A DNA stretch of 64,000 nucleotides from Betaproteobacteria bacterium (GTDB lineage Bacteria; Pseudomonadota; Gammaproteobacteria; Burkholderiales; SG8-41), in assembly GCA_016868035.1 (NCBI GenBank), contig VGID01000005.1, positions 26,017 to 90,016 on the forward strand, read 5' to 3'. Both the position numbers and the translations under genes were made by a program. The notes under the pieces were generated by a model, which saw nothing but the letters and a program-made list of their open reading frames with translations, was not told the DNA's origin and did no database searches. Below are positions 63,726 through 64,000 of the stretch, in pieces; position 1 is the first letter of the stretch, and every line of letters starts with the position of its first letter.

Positions 63726-64000
63726 GAATTCCCCTTTGTTATCGCATTGGCGCGCATTTCCGTCGAGGTAGCGGGCTTCCTGGCGCTTGCCTGCCTCGGG
63801 CCCGGCATGGCGTGCGGACGGCACAGCCGGGACGAATTATAAAGGATAAGAAAAGCGGACTTTCGACTTGCATCAACCCCGCCATGTCATACCGGCCAGA
63901 CTGTGACGGCATCGAGCGCGATGCATCGCGATTCCGCGCGCAGGTTGCCGGCCGCGCGCTCTACGCCCCGCGCTTGAGCCCGGAGAGTTCCTCGATCAGC

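Noticed and set aside
63961-64000. Partial minus-strand ORF end (...LIEELSGLKRGA stop) at the right edge
   Set aside because: Only 13 codons are visible, which is too little to support a call.

Overview
GC-rich (roughly two-thirds G+C by eye) chromosomal segment with about 60 protein genes, no rRNA/tRNA genes, no CRISPR array and no recognisable transposase or integrase. Six orphan Bug/TctC-type solute-binding proteins plus a TAXI-TRAP transporter suggest a Burkholderiales-like betaproteobacterium or a similar uncultured GC-rich lineage (inference only). Content is mainly housekeeping and catabolic: korAB, an ammonium transporter with an NtrC/sigma-54-like control region, an orphan GspE/PilB-like ATPase, an Ada-like alkyltransferase, a CoxD/CoxE-like MoxR-VWA cluster, hyi/TAXI-TRAP/garR and glcDEF, an orphan DNA methyltransferase, an acyl-CoA catabolic cluster, msrB, yajD, queG-tsaE-amiC and pntAB. 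Five things are not explained by ordinary annotation. (1) A dense family of heptanucleotide (occasionally nonanucleotide) tandem arrays sits at about 17 gene boundaries. The arrays often occur as inverted pairs able to form long hairpins, sometimes supply the stop codon or C-terminal tail of a gene, and once lie in frame inside glcF. (2) A small AhpD/CMD-family ORF has an in-frame TGA exactly where the second Cys of the CPxC redox motif belongs, followed by a perfect hairpin, making it a candidate selenoprotein. (3) A perfect 113-bp tandem repeat lies between korB and a convergent gene. (4) Several genes look like in-frame internally deleted relics (crotonase, SSS transporter, Amt N-terminus). 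(5) A low-GC islet carries uncharacterised, possibly frameshifted ORFs. All functional calls come from motif recognition in the translated ORFs; no database search was possible.
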